Of a stretch of DNA of 64,000 bases, positions 10,221 to 20,154 are shown piece by piece (the first letter of the stretch is position 1; each line of letters begins with the position of its first letter). The position numbers and the translations under genes were made by a program. The notes beneath the pieces are model-generated. The model was not told the DNA's origin, did not search any database, and saw nothing but the letters and a program-made list of their open reading frames with translations. This stretch comes from Candidatus Bathyarchaeota archaeon (GTDB lineage: Archaea; Thermoproteota; Bathyarchaeia; 40CM-2-53-6), in assembly GCA_963733055.1 (NCBI GenBank), contig CAVTBR010000002.1:471071-535070 (forward strand). The letters run 5' to 3'.

Positions 10221-10742
10221 ATGTTCCCTGAAGTTGTGGATTCAGTTATGACAATTCTTGCGACAGAAAAGAAGCAAATCTTGCAGAGCAGCCAAATGGA
10301 ACTCGATGAGGCTGACCGCAAGATTTTGCTAGAACTCCAACGCGACGCACGAATCTCATTCAAAACAATTGCACAGAAAGTCGGAGTAAGTGAAGCAACA
10401 GTCTTCGTACGAGTGAGAAAGATGCAGGAGGGGGGGGTGATTCGAGGTTATAGCGCGATCGTCGATCCTAAAGCTGTCGGAAGGGCCCTTACCGCAATTG
10501 TACTCGTCCGAGCAACCCCCAAAGCGTTTCCAGGGACACTTGACGCATTACGAAAATTCGATGAGGTCTATGAAATCTACGATGTGACTGGGGAATATTA
10601 TTCGATTCTCAAGATTCGGACTAGCGGGACGGAAGCGTTAGGAAAGATAATGGATGAAGTCGGAAAGATCGACGGCATCGCTGGAACGGAGACGATCATC
10701 GTTCTGCGAACGGTGAAGGAAGATTTTGCCGTACGGGCCTAG
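10221..10742 (+). CDS. Lrp/AsnC family regulator divergent from the arg/lys cluster (true start may be ATG 10296)
   Basis: LDEADRKILLELQRDARISF HTH; C-terminal RAM domain with DVTGEY. Confidence 0.9.
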   Translation: MFPEVVDSVMTILATEKKQILQSSQMELDEADRKILLELQRDARISFKTIAQKVGVSEATVFVRVRKMQEGGVIRGYSAIVDPKAVGRALTAIVLVRATPKAFPGTLDALRKFDEVYEIYDVTGEYYSILKIRTSGTEALGKIMDEVGKIDGIAGTETIIVLRTVKEDFAVRA

Positions 10743-10756
10743 ATTACTGAGTTCGT

Positions 10757-10939
10757 CTACTTCTTCATGAGGTCGTAGTCGACCCAGATCCAGACCAGGC
10801 TCGCAACGAAAATGATAATGCCCGCAGCAAGCCACGGCGGATAAGTGTAGGAGGCGCCTACGACCGACCAGTAGATGTCGGCTAGGATGATGACAATCCC
10901 CATAGCGATCGCAAGCCAGGATTTTGATTTCGAGTCCAT
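10757..10939 (-). CDS. Small two-TM membrane protein
   Basis: 60 aa with two hydrophobic helices. Confidence 0.6.
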   Translation of the reverse strand: MDSKSKSWLAIAMGIVIILADIYWSVVGASYTYPPWLAAGIIIFVASLVWIWVDYDLMKK

Positions 10940-11240
10940 TGAAATCAGTTAGAGGCAGCTGTTTGGCGCTTAAATGCCTTTCTTAACCAAAACGAACTGA
11001 AGGCAACTATCAGTTACCCTCCGTCGGGTAAAATCAAGTTCACGCTCGGTGCCGGTAACAAAGAAACGGTTTGTCCTGCGATTTACCTTTTTTGTGGAAC
11101 GGGTTAAATAACTTCAGACTGACAGAAGTCGCTGGAATAAAGGTCGAAAAACAAGTGGTTAACTCTGATTCAGAACGCGCGTCGAAAAACTACGAACATT
11201 TCTAAGCCCGTTCTTGATTCGTGATCTATTATCGAGAGTC

Positions 11241-11270
11241 GAACGAGGTCTTATTAACTTCAGAAACCCC
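11241..11270 (+). promoter_or_regulatory. Conserved promoter-like element upstream of an IPEYP surface-protein gene
   Basis: GAACGAGGTCTTATTAACTTCAGAAACCCC, near-identical to 14305-14335 and similar to 35524-35548; contains TATA-like TTATTAA. Confidence 0.7.
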
Positions 11271-11286
11271 GTCTGATGTAGGGTCC

Positions 11287-12150
11287 GTGTTCTTGAAACG
11301 TCGGGTGGCTGGGTTTGGCTTACTCGTAGTCATGGTGATGTTTCTTCTAGCTTTGCAACCATTGCCTGTTCACAGCTCCCCAAGTCTATCCCTAGACGGG
11401 TCCGGTTCAAACTTTTGCGGTGCTGCGTCGTGTTCAGTCACGCCGTTCTCGACTAGCAACCCGAATGATGTTATAATCGTAGTTGCAAACACAATTACTG
11501 GGCCGAGTGTTACTTTCAACACGCCAACTGATAGTCAGGGACATTTGAGTTTCACGCTGAGAAGGTCTACTCCACTCCCCATTTCTGGAACGATGAGTGA
11601 ATGGTGGGCTGTAGCGTCCCCAACGATTTCGGCGGACACAATACAAGTTACTACGTCAAGCTCTGCTTTCATCGGATTAGTAGTTTGGGGAATTAGCGGG
11701 GCAAATATTGCGTCTCCCTTTGATCCTTCAGTAGGGGTACCCGCAACAAACAGCGGCGTTGCAACTCCCTGCATGGTCGCTACTTGTACTACTACGGCTA
11801 GCGTAACGATTCCATCTACCTCAAACGCTAACGACATGATACTGGGTATGATCGGGTACAGTTCAGGCACTCTCGCGGCTGGTTCGGGTTTCACTCTAAT
11901 AGCAAATCCCAGTACGGCCGGTGCTGAGTACAAGATCGTGTCTTCAACCCAGAGTGGCCTCGTAGTCCCACTGACTATCACCTACTCTGAGGATGAAACG
12001 ACGCTTTGGAGTATGATTGGAGACGCCGTGCAAACCGCATCCACGCCACCGCCGATACCTGAATACCCACTCGGACTACCATTCCTAGTTATCCTAATGA
12101 TAGTTGGGTACGGTATAGTTAAGCGCAGATCGCTAAACCGCGCATTCTAA
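11287..12150 (+). CDS. Secreted surface protein with PEF-CTERM-like sorting signal (IPEYP-TM-basic)
   Basis: Signal peptide ending LPVHS, Ser/Thr-rich body, C-terminus PPPIPEYPLGLPFLVILMIVGYGIVKRR. Start set at GTG 11287, downstream of the promoter. Confidence 0.85.
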   Translation: MFLKRRVAGFGLLVVMVMFLLALQPLPVHSSPSLSLDGSGSNFCGAASCSVTPFSTSNPNDVIIVVANTITGPSVTFNTPTDSQGHLSFTLRRSTPLPISGTMSEWWAVASPTISADTIQVTTSSSAFIGLVVWGISGANIASPFDPSVGVPATNSGVATPCMVATCTTTASVTIPSTSNANDMILGMIGYSSGTLAAGSGFTLIANPSTAGAEYKIVSSTQSGLVVPLTITYSEDETTLWSMIGDAVQTASTPPPIPEYPLGLPFLVILMIVGYGIVKRRSLNRAF

Positions 12151-12287
12151 AACTAGACGAGCCCACCAAACGGTTTGTTACAGCCCCAAGAATTTGCCCG
12201 ACCCAACGTAGACGTGACGTTACCATCAGTTGCTTACGTTATTACCATCTATTACGACCAGTAACTCAGACTCAGGCCATGTTTGTC

Positions 12288-12396
12288 TGGAGCCTCGGGC
12301 GGGATTCGATCCCGCGACCTGCCGCTTTCCTGTCTTCTTGATTACAAGGCGGCCGCTCTCTGGTCAAATTGATCTGCCAGGCTGAGCCACCGAGGC
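12288..12396 (-). tRNA. tRNA-Thr(UGU) with two introns (D-arm 16 nt, anticodon loop 16 nt)
   Basis: Removing both introns gives a 77-nt cloverleaf GCCTCGG...CCGAGGC-T-CCA with anticodon arm GCCGC-CTTGTAA-GCGGC. Confidence 0.92.
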
Positions 12397-12446
12397 GCAG
12401 CGCGAGTATGAACATTCATGCTTAAAATTCTCGCGACTGAACCTGA

Positions 12447-13685
12447 CTACTTCCGTTTGTAGCGTTTTGCGGCCGCAGTGAGAGCCGTTATTGCGGGGAG
12501 TTCCTCCCCGGCGAGGAGCGAGAGCATCGCACCTCCAGCCGTGCTCACATGGGAGAGTCGTCCTGCGACTCCGAGGATTCCTGCATAGCCAGCCAAGTGA
12601 CCGCCCCCGATAACCGTGAAAGCATTGGCATTCGCCATCGACTCTAGAATCGCCTTCGTCCCGCTCTCAAAACCTTCCTCTTCGAAAACCCCCATCGGTC
12701 CAGAAGCCACCACTGTTCTCGAATCCGCGACTATATCAGAGAATCTACCAGCCGTATTAGAACCAATGTCCATCGCCCTACCAACCTTCGATAATCTACG
12801 AACCGGTTCGTCCACACGCTCACGATCCTGTGAAGTTCCAAAGTCGGTTGGCAACACGATGCGTTTCTTGTACTTGGATAGGATACGATTGGCCTTGAGC
12901 ACTTCGTCACTTGCTGCCCCTACTTCCTCCTCATCCGCCTCACCAAGTTTAATGTCCATGGCTTTCAGAAACACTTTCGCCACATTACCTCCCACTAGGA
13001 CTCGGTCCGCTTTCCCCGTCGATAGGATGTTTTCTATTACGGGAACTTTGTCCTCTATCTTCGCGCCGCCGAGCACGTACGTGATCGGTCGAGCGGGGTT
13101 GCTCATCAGCTTCTCAATCACGGATAGCTCGCCCTCCATCAATTTTCCCGCCGCGGACGGGAGAACGTATGGAAAGCCCACGAGTGAAGCCTGCGATCTG
13201 TGCGCCGTAGCGAAAGCATCATTCACATATAGATCGAAGAGTGGAGCCAAACGTTTTACGAGGTTTGTTTTCGCGAGTTTCTCAGCCTTATCTTCGAGAA
13301 TTTCCTCGGCGCAAAACCTAACATTGTCCAACACCACGACCTCACCTCTTTTCAAATCCCTCACGGCCCTCCGCGCGGCCGGCCCCATTACGTCATCTAT
13401 GAAAGTTACCCGTTGAGAGCAGATCTTCTGTAGGATTTCAGCATGTAGCTCGAGCGACGTAAAATCTCCTCTTCCCGGCCGGCTCTGATGTGATAGAACG
13501 GCGACCTTAGCCTCCGACAAGGCGTCGAGCGTTGGTTTGGCGGCAACGATCCTTCCGTCATCAAGAATCTGGTTGTTGTTCGGGTCGAGGGGCGCGTTGA
13601 TGTCTAACCTCAGTAGCACGGTCTTGTCTCGAAGGTCGAAGTCGTCGAGAGTTAGATATTGGTACTCCATGCCGGCGAGACCCAA
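12447..13685 (-). CDS. pgk: Phosphoglycerate kinase
   Basis: LRLDINAP, SHQSRP, NDAFATAHR, LGGAK, GPMGVFE and HVSTAGGA motifs. Confidence 0.96.
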   Translation of the reverse strand: MGLAGMEYQYLTLDDFDLRDKTVLLRLDINAPLDPNNNQILDDGRIVAAKPTLDALSEAKVAVLSHQSRPGRGDFTSLELHAEILQKICSQRVTFIDDVMGPAARRAVRDLKRGEVVVLDNVRFCAEEILEDKAEKLAKTNLVKRLAPLFDLYVNDAFATAHRSQASLVGFPYVLPSAAGKLMEGELSVIEKLMSNPARPITYVLGGAKIEDKVPVIENILSTGKADRVLVGGNVAKVFLKAMDIKLGEADEEEVGAASDEVLKANRILSKYKKRIVLPTDFGTSQDRERVDEPVRRLSKVGRAMDIGSNTAGRFSDIVADSRTVVASGPMGVFEEEGFESGTKAILESMANANAFTVIGGGHLAGYAGILGVAGRLSHVSTAGGAMLSLLAGEELPAITALTAAAKRYKRK

Positions 13686-13789
13686 CCTGCATTTTCAATC
13701 ATACCGTCCCTTTCACTTAATGCCTTTTCGAAGATGAGGCGGGTTCGATTGGGAACGTTTTTACATGAACCTCCGGTCCTTTGGCGCGT

Positions 13790-13900
13790 GCCGGGGTGGC
13801 TCAGCCTGGTAGAGCGCCAGTCAGGCTTACGGGACGAAACTCATAATCTGGAAAGCGATGGGCCCAGAAGCCGCGGGCTCGAATCCCGCCCCCGGCACCA
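13790..13900 (+). tRNA. tRNA-Met(CAU), elongator type, with two non-canonical introns (anticodon stem 18 nt, variable region 16 nt)
   Basis: Acceptor GCCGGGG/CCCCGGC-A-CCA. The spliced anticodon arm is CCAGA-CTCATAA-TCTGG and the mature length is 77 nt. Confidence 0.9.
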
Positions 13901-14304
13901 CAACGATGACGTTTCAGGCCCGAACTCCGACTTTAATTGTGCCGTCAAATTCGTTTTGCCACAAGATACCTGATGGCCTAGCTCCTGAAACCGAACCCCA
14001 CTATCGTTCCACTAGGTGGAAATGGAGGATGATTACCCTTTGCGACTTCCCCTCCAACCCACGTTAAATACCTAGTCAGCACGTGCGACTATTCTAGTTG
14101 ATTGATGGAGGTGTTTGAGATTGGCTAAGAAACGACCAGTTAAGATGAGATTAAGTTCTGAGCACGACAAGAACGTTAGACAGGAGGAACAAGTAGCTTA
14201 AGGCTACTAACCCTGGGCGGATATCGCCCTAATTTTCTTTCTTTGTTTTATCAGATCGTTGACGGAACATCGTTGTTCCGGATCTTAAGCCAAGATCGGG
14301 AGCC

Positions 14305-14335
14305 GAACTAGGACTTATTAACTTCAGAAACCCCC
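14305..14335 (+). promoter_or_regulatory. Conserved promoter-like element upstream of an IPEYP gene
   Basis: GAACTAGGACTTATTAACTTCAGAAACCCCC, matching 11241-11270. Confidence 0.7.
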
Positions 14336-14357
14336 GTCAAAAGCAGGGTGCGTGTTA

Positions 14358-15149
14358 ATGAGACGTGGAACGGGGCTTGGGTTACTAGTAGTCTTGCTGA
14401 TCTTTCTGGTCTTTTTGGAGCCGTTGCCTGTTCACGCCGCATCAACCCTCGTTCAGCAGAAGGAGGGCGATTGTGCCCCCTGCACAACGCTACCGGTAAC
14501 TTTCTCGAGCAATGTTGCGAGCGGAAACGTACTTGTAGTAACTTTACTTGTGGACCCTACGTTAACTTCTATCACTGACTCATTATCTTCATCATTTACG
14601 CAAGCCGCGACCTTTCCCTGTGATGGTGGTAGCACTATTTGCTACATCTACTACGCTACTCTGGCCTCAAGTGGGTCGGATACAATCACAATTACGATCC
14701 CCGGTACCCACATCGTCATTGAAGCGTACGCATACGAGGTTTCAGGTGTGGCGACGCCCCCAATCGTAACCGCCGTCAGCTCTGGGGCCAGTAGCTTCCC
14801 CAGTCCCACTTCGGTTTCCACGGCCTCGACCACGTTCCAAAGCGGAGCCTTCGTTCTTAGTACAATCATCGCGGGAAGCCCGGTTACAGCCGGAAGCTCT
14901 TTCACACTATCACCTAGTGGGACAAGCCTCTTTCTGTTTGAAGAATATTCCACGTCCGCTGTAACTTCTCCAACAACGTTCCCAGCGACCTATACGAGCG
15001 AATTCTCTTGGTTTGAAATTGGGTTAGTCCTCAACCCCGCACCGACCCCGCCAATCCCAGAGTATCCGTTCGGACTCCTAATCCTCGCAATCCTCATGCT
15101 CATCGGGTATGGCGTAATTAGACGCCGAACCCGAAACGATTACACCTAA
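14358..15149 (+). CDS. Secreted surface protein with IPEYP sorting signal
   Basis: Signal peptide ending LEPLPVHA; AYEVSGV and SPTTFPA segments; C-terminus PPIPEYPFG-TM-RRRTR. Confidence 0.85.
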   Translation: MRRGTGLGLLVVLLIFLVFLEPLPVHAASTLVQQKEGDCAPCTTLPVTFSSNVASGNVLVVTLLVDPTLTSITDSLSSSFTQAATFPCDGGSTICYIYYATLASSGSDTITITIPGTHIVIEAYAYEVSGVATPPIVTAVSSGASSFPSPTSVSTASTTFQSGAFVLSTIIAGSPVTAGSSFTLSPSGTSLFLFEEYSTSAVTSPTTFPATYTSEFSWFEIGLVLNPAPTPPIPEYPFGLLILAILMLIGYGVIRRRTRNDYT

Positions 15150-15192
15150 GGTACCTAATTGACTGAGCAACACCAGAATTTTTGGTTTAGGC

Positions 15193-15891
15193 TCAATTGA
15201 GAATGTCCACGTTTCCGTCTCCTCGGCCAACGTATACGCGGTCAGCCATTTTCAAGAAGAGGCCGGTTTCTACCAAACCCGGCAGCATCTTCAGCTGACG
15301 GTCTAACCGACTCGGGTTCTCCAGCTTGCCGAAGTCAGCGTCTAGGATGAAGTTCCCATTATCAGTGATAACCGGGCCGATCTTCCCGGCGCTTTCACGG
15401 AGGCGGGCGCGAGCACCCATTGTTGTGAGCTTTGCCTGAACCGACCTGTAGGCGAAAGGAAATACTTCTAGGGGGATAAGCTGTTTCTCGCCCAGGTGCT
15501 TTGTGATCTTTCTTTCATCCACAACTATCGCGAGCTTATGGGCCGCCGAATCAACAACCTTCTCCTTCAACAAGGCCCCGCCCCCACCCTTGATCAGGTC
15601 AAGCGATGGAATTTCCACCTGGTCCGCACCGTCAATTGCGTAATCGACTGTATGGGCCTCATTCATACTCTTGATTCTCAGTCCGTGTGAGATTGCGAGA
15701 TTCTCGATCTGATGCGATGTCGGAACAACGGATAACTCGAAGCCTCTAGCTCGGGATAGCCTAGCGATTTCTGCTAGCGCGTAGGCGGTGGTGGATCCGC
15801 TTCCAAGCCCGATGATCCAACCACTCCTAATGGGTTGGAGCGCCTTGAGGACCGCTCGCCGCTTAGCGTCCTCAATTGAAGCCAATTTCAT
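15193..15891 (-). CDS. rpiA: Ribose-5-phosphate isomerase A
   Basis: GLGSGST, DGADQV, IKGGGGALLKEK and ITDNGNFILD motifs. Confidence 0.96.
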   Translation of the reverse strand: MKLASIEDAKRRAVLKALQPIRSGWIIGLGSGSTTAYALAEIARLSRARGFELSVVPTSHQIENLAISHGLRIKSMNEAHTVDYAIDGADQVEIPSLDLIKGGGGALLKEKVVDSAAHKLAIVVDERKITKHLGEKQLIPLEVFPFAYRSVQAKLTTMGARARLRESAGKIGPVITDNGNFILDADFGKLENPSRLDRQLKMLPGLVETGLFLKMADRVYVGRGDGNVDILN

Positions 15892-16499
15892 CCTTCCGCT
15901 TCGATCTGTTCAAGGCGATCCATAGCCTTGAGGATTTCCTCACGGATCTGTACAATCCGCTTTTCCGAATCAGTGATCGCCTCTTCATTTTCCTTGCTCT
16001 TCGACTGTTGGCCATGATTTGACTGTTGACTTCCACCATTACCCACTGTGCCGCCGGAGCGTTCTGACTGTTTTCCGGGCGCGTTGGGAATTCCCGATTT
16101 GAGAACTTTCAGTTTCTCGTCGATCTCTGCAAGCTTGGCCTTGAAGCCTTTGACAACTTCATCCCTCTCAATTTCCAGGTCGTGAAGGTCCACGATCTGC
16201 TGGTTCTCTTGTATAGACTTCTCCAACCTCTTCAGATCGACTTTGTACTTCTCAAGCATCCGATCCCGCTCAACTTCGCTAATCGCGCCGCTCGAGTGGG
16301 ATTCGTAGATTGTAGTAACAGCAGTGCCGAGAATCTGTCTTTCAAGTTTCAGTATCTTCAACGACTCCCTGGCCCGGTTCACCGCCTCAAGTGAGGTCGG
16401 TGGTTGAGGGTCTAATGTTGAACTGGGCAGGTTTGGAAGGGGGATTATTCTCTGTGCTTGGGGGGCGGCGGGAGTCTCTTTTTTCTTCCAAAAGGCCAT
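15888..16499 (-). CDS. Hypothetical coiled-coil protein
   Basis: Helical heptad-rich sequence, overlaps the rpiA start by 4 nt; ATG 16499 chosen as start. Confidence 0.65.
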   Translation of the reverse strand: MAFWKKKETPAAPQAQRIIPLPNLPSSTLDPQPPTSLEAVNRARESLKILKLERQILGTAVTTIYESHSSGAISEVERDRMLEKYKVDLKRLEKSIQENQQIVDLHDLEIERDEVVKGFKAKLAEIDEKLKVLKSGIPNAPGKQSERSGGTVGNGGSQQSNHGQQSKSKENEEAITDSEKRIVQIREEILKAMDRLEQIEAEG

Positions 16500-16737
16500 A
16501 TGGGTTACTAAGTTTACCAAAGTCCGCCCCTGAATTACCCGTGGTTTATCTTTGATTGGGTGTAATAATATGTTCTATAGAATCATCCAGTTGATGGATA
16601 CTTTCATTCATCTGTCATCCTTTTGCATGGTGGGAGAATTGTTTTCTGGGTTCTTTTAGTCCTGACGGCGAAGAAGGCTATCCTGGTAACCTGTCTGCGT
16701 GTCCAAGGTCTTCCTACGATATGAGAGGGCGAGCGAT

Positions 16738-17307
16738 TCAACCGCCCATCGTATCAGAGGGCTCCGGGTAAATCACATTCATTACTAACGTCCTGGAGCA
16801 GTCCGCGCAATGTACAACCGTCTTAGCGCAGTTAGAATGATATCTCGCCGCGCATTCGCATTGAATGTATGGTTCCGCTCTTGCACCTTCAAGTATCGAT
16901 GCTATCTCCTTGCCACAATAAAGGCAGAGCCTGTTTAGGCCTAGGACATCTCTTTGAGTGAAGATTCCCACAATCTTTCCGTCCTCTGTCACTAACATCC
17001 TCCTTACTTCTCGCCTGTTCATGAGGTCGATGGCTTGATTCAAGGATCGGTCATGCTCGATAGAAACCCCAGGCGAAGACATGATATCGCTCACCTTCGT
17101 GGAACTTGGATCGCGGGCGTCAGCCAGCACTTTCTTCAACATATCCCTCTCCGTGACGATGCCTATTGGCAGACCTTTGCCCGTCACGACAAGGCTTCCC
17201 AGATTCCGATCTCTCATCAGTTTGGCTGCTGCTGCAACGGACGCGGCTTCATCGATCGTTACGAGGTCTCGCCGGGCAATGCTGTCAACCTTAACGTCCA
17301 AGACCAT
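16738..17307 (-). CDS. CBS-pair protein with C-terminal C4HC3 (RING/PHD-like) zinc finger
   Basis: Two CBS motifs (GIVTERD, GIFTQRD), then CLYC-x18-CEC-x4-HSNC-x6-CADC. Confidence 0.85.
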   Translation of the reverse strand: MVLDVKVDSIARRDLVTIDEAASVAAAAKLMRDRNLGSLVVTGKGLPIGIVTERDMLKKVLADARDPSSTKVSDIMSSPGVSIEHDRSLNQAIDLMNRREVRRMLVTEDGKIVGIFTQRDVLGLNRLCLYCGKEIASILEGARAEPYIQCECAARYHSNCAKTVVHCADCSRTLVMNVIYPEPSDTMGG

Positions 17308-17451
17308 GCATATTCTTTGGTATTTCCAACGATTTAACAGGTGCTGAATACCCGCTAGCCGGTCGTGGCCTAACATCATCTGTTTGGGAAAGTGAAGTCT
17401 TTTACCATCCGATACATCAAAATGCGTCAACTGCCATAGGGAGCGAGGGTT

Positions 17452-17901
17452 ATGCATCTAGAAGGTTCTTTCGAGACCCCCGCATCTCGCCAGGTTGCTT
17501 ATGATTTCCTACTCAACGCTAACGATATCGCCCCATGCCTCCCAGACTTGCAGTCGGTTGAGGTTCTCGGCCCCGACAGTTTTCGGGCGAAGGTGAAGGT
17601 TGGTATTGGGTTGGTTAGGGGGAATATGGAGTTCGAATTTCGCGTTGTAGACAAGGTCCCCCCAAGTTCTGCTAAGCTCGTTGGGAATGGGCGTGGGGTT
17701 GGAAGTTCGGTTGAGATTCAAACTGGGTTCAAACTGGACGAATCTGGGTCGGGATGTAAGGTTGGTTGGATTGCCGACGTCACTATGGGTGGGATAATCG
17801 CGGGATTGGGGTCAAGGATGCTGGATTCTACTTCGAGTAAGATGGTTGAGCAGGTAGTTGAAAACTTCAAGAGTAAACTGAGCGAGAAGGCTCGCGCCTA
17901 A
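17452..17901 (+). CDS. CoxG/SRPBCC family protein
   Basis: IAPCLPDL, FRAKVKVGIG and GGIIAGLGSRM segments typical of CoxG. Confidence 0.85.
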   Translation: MHLEGSFETPASRQVAYDFLLNANDIAPCLPDLQSVEVLGPDSFRAKVKVGIGLVRGNMEFEFRVVDKVPPSSAKLVGNGRGVGSSVEIQTGFKLDESGSGCKVGWIADVTMGGIIAGLGSRMLDSTSSKMVEQVVENFKSKLSEKARA

Positions 17902-19121
17902 CTGTAAGCTTCGAACCCTTTTCCGAGAACCAACGACGCAATCTTCAACTCCATAATCTCATCGGTCCCCTCGTAAATTCGAGCCACCCTAGAATCGCAC
18001 AGATGCCTCGCAACGGGTGAGAGCAGTGAGTAACCGAAGCCGCCGAACACTTGCACCGCCATGTCTGCGCTCTCGTACGCCAGCCGCGACGCGACACGTT
18101 TGGCGATTGCCGATTGTAAGTCCACCTTGTTGCGGAGTTCCAGGTCGGTAGGGTTTGCATCTAGCCTTGTCTTCTCAACTGCCGCAAAGTACGTCGGCCA
18201 TCGTGCCATCTCCAAATTCATGGCCATGTTTGCAATGTGGCGCTGAATCAGTTGGTGTTTTCCTATCGGTTTCCCATGCTGGACCCTTGACTTTGCCCGT
18301 TCCGTCACTGAATTTAGACAATCCCCGATGATGCCGACGCATCCTGACCCTATCCCGATCCTTCCGTTCAGTAGGGCTGAGTAAGCAACGTACAACCCCT
18401 TGCCCAACTGGCCTACAACGTTCTCCTTCGACACCTTGCAATCTGTCATCTCAAGCATCGCCGTATCGGAAGTGAAGAGGCCAATTTTCTCTTCGAGGTG
18501 CATGGCCACCGAGAAACCAGCCGTCTTCGAGTCTACTATGAAAGCGGACATCCCCTCCGTCCTACCTTTCGGATACGCGAATACGATCAGAGAATCGGCG
18601 ATGCCGCCGTTCGAGATGAGATACTTCGTCCCATTCAACACGTACCCGCCATCCCGCTCTTCATAACTGGTCTTGAGTGACGTCGGCTCGCTTCCCGCCT
18701 CAGGTTCCGTTAGGCCGTACGCGAGAACCATCTCACCTTTCGCCGCAGGAATTAGATAGCGTCTCTTGAGCTCATCGCTTCCCCACTGTTGGATTGCAAG
18801 AGAAGCAAGTAAGCAGTGGACGTCGACGAACGTGACTACCCCAAGCCCCAACTGCCCATAGCGTTCCAAGGCCAGGGCCCAAGTCACAGGGTCTGCGCCC
18901 GCGCCACCCCACTCGGGGGATACGGTCAAGCCCATCAGTTGATATTTCTTCAGAATCTTTGGGAGCTCATCATTGTACTTGTGCGCGATGTAATGCTCGA
19001 ATTCCGGTAAGTAGAGCTCCTTACACGCCTCATCAACCCGTTCCAGAATACCCAACTGCTCTTCACTGAGTTCGCGAAGCCGTCCCGCGAGCCTAACCGA
19101 CTCGGCGAATGAACCTTCCAA
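17898..19121 (-). CDS. Acyl-CoA dehydrogenase
   Basis: YGLTEPEAGS, LNGTKYLISNG, RVQHGKPIG, QVFGGFGY and RIYEGTDEI motifs. Confidence 0.95.
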   Translation of the reverse strand: MEGSFAESVRLAGRLRELSEEQLGILERVDEACKELYLPEFEHYIAHKYNDELPKILKKYQLMGLTVSPEWGGAGADPVTWALALERYGQLGLGVVTFVDVHCLLASLAIQQWGSDELKRRYLIPAAKGEMVLAYGLTEPEAGSEPTSLKTSYEERDGGYVLNGTKYLISNGGIADSLIVFAYPKGRTEGMSAFIVDSKTAGFSVAMHLEEKIGLFTSDTAMLEMTDCKVSKENVVGQLGKGLYVAYSALLNGRIGIGSGCVGIIGDCLNSVTERAKSRVQHGKPIGKHQLIQRHIANMAMNLEMARWPTYFAAVEKTRLDANPTDLELRNKVDLQSAIAKRVASRLAYESADMAVQVFGGFGYSLLSPVARHLCDSRVARIYEGTDEIMELKIASLVLGKGFEAYS

Positions 19122-19348
19122 GAGAACTAAACTCCCTGTAAGACCTGATTCTCATTCCTCACATTCTTTTACGTCTTGTTACATCGATAACCGAGATTTC
19201 CAAGGCGAAAGGAGGCCACACATACCGACCATCCTGAGCCCAATCAGGATCTATACGACTCGATTACCCCGCCGTGGGCGAGGATCAACGAGGGGGTCAT
19301 AGCTAAGTCATATATTGTAGAATCTTCGATTGTTCCTTGGTGATATTG

Positions 19349-19438
19349 ATGTCACAAGGAACATATGTCTGCCCAGCCTGCAAGCAATTCTTCAAGACAA
19401 AGGAAGAGCTCGAAAACCACGCAAAGACCGCTCACTGA
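19349..19438 (+). CDS. Stand-alone C2H2 zinc-finger microprotein (29 aa, missing from the ORF track)
   Basis: MSQGTYVCPACKQFFKTKEELENHAKTAH fits Y-x-C-x2-C-x3-F-x5-L-x2-H-x4-H; GGTGA SD upstream. Confidence 0.85.
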   Translation: MSQGTYVCPACKQFFKTKEELENHAKTAH

Positions 19439-19558
19439 GCCAAGTAAACGCCGACCTTAGATTCCCCAACAGGGGATCTAACAACATCCATTCTTTTGGA
19501 ACATTTACGAGGAATGTGCAACAGTTAAGTCTAACGAGTTCTTATCCCTCAAACGAGA

Positions 19559-20065
19559 TTGACCGTGAAAAGTTCGTTCGAAAATTTTAGCATCTACGGC
19601 TTCGCCGTAGACTACCCGGAAATGAGCCGGGTCGAATTCAACTCGAAAGGTCGGCGCGAATCAGGCGACGTAGTTTTCCATTTGCCGGACAAAGTTGAGC
19701 GAGTTAGAATATTCCTGTCTTGGGGAGATTTGGAAAAGGTCAAACGATTCCAATCCACCGACGAACACGCCGATTTCAGCCTTGACGCCATGAAGAAGGG
19801 GAAGAATGTGCAGAACTTCGAACGCCTATCACGAGATACAATATCCATACACACTCACAGAAGCTCTGTGAACAAGGTTAGGTTTGATGAAAGGTCGAGG
19901 GGGTTAACCGGGAGCAAGGACATTTCGAGGGAAGCATACTCTCTACACGTCCATTGCCCAACATCAAACAGATATTTCGTATTGTACACGATGACCCCGA
20001 GCCACGGCGATAGCAGATATGATAAGATCATGGAATCGATGAAGGATTCTTTCAAATGCCACTGA
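19559..20065 (+). CDS. Hypothetical protein (possible PsbP/Mog1-like fold)
   Basis: YGFAVDYP near the start and a C-terminal SFKC end; fold guess is weak. Confidence 0.6.
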   Translation: MTVKSSFENFSIYGFAVDYPEMSRVEFNSKGRRESGDVVFHLPDKVERVRIFLSWGDLEKVKRFQSTDEHADFSLDAMKKGKNVQNFERLSRDTISIHTHRSSVNKVRFDERSRGLTGSKDISREAYSLHVHCPTSNRYFVLYTMTPSHGDSRYDKIMESMKDSFKCH

Positions 20066-20154
20066 ACGATACAGAGCGAACTGGCAGGGACCCTCCCGTA
20101 TAGCCCGCATCCTCTTTGATGACAAGAATCTAGAACCAAAAGGCTCAATGGTGT

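Noticed and set aside
12616-13416. 266-aa plus-strand ORF
   Set aside because: Antisense shadow of pgk with no motifs.
13659-14067. ORFs 13659-13973 and 13858-14067
   Set aside because: They overlap the intron-containing tRNA-Met.
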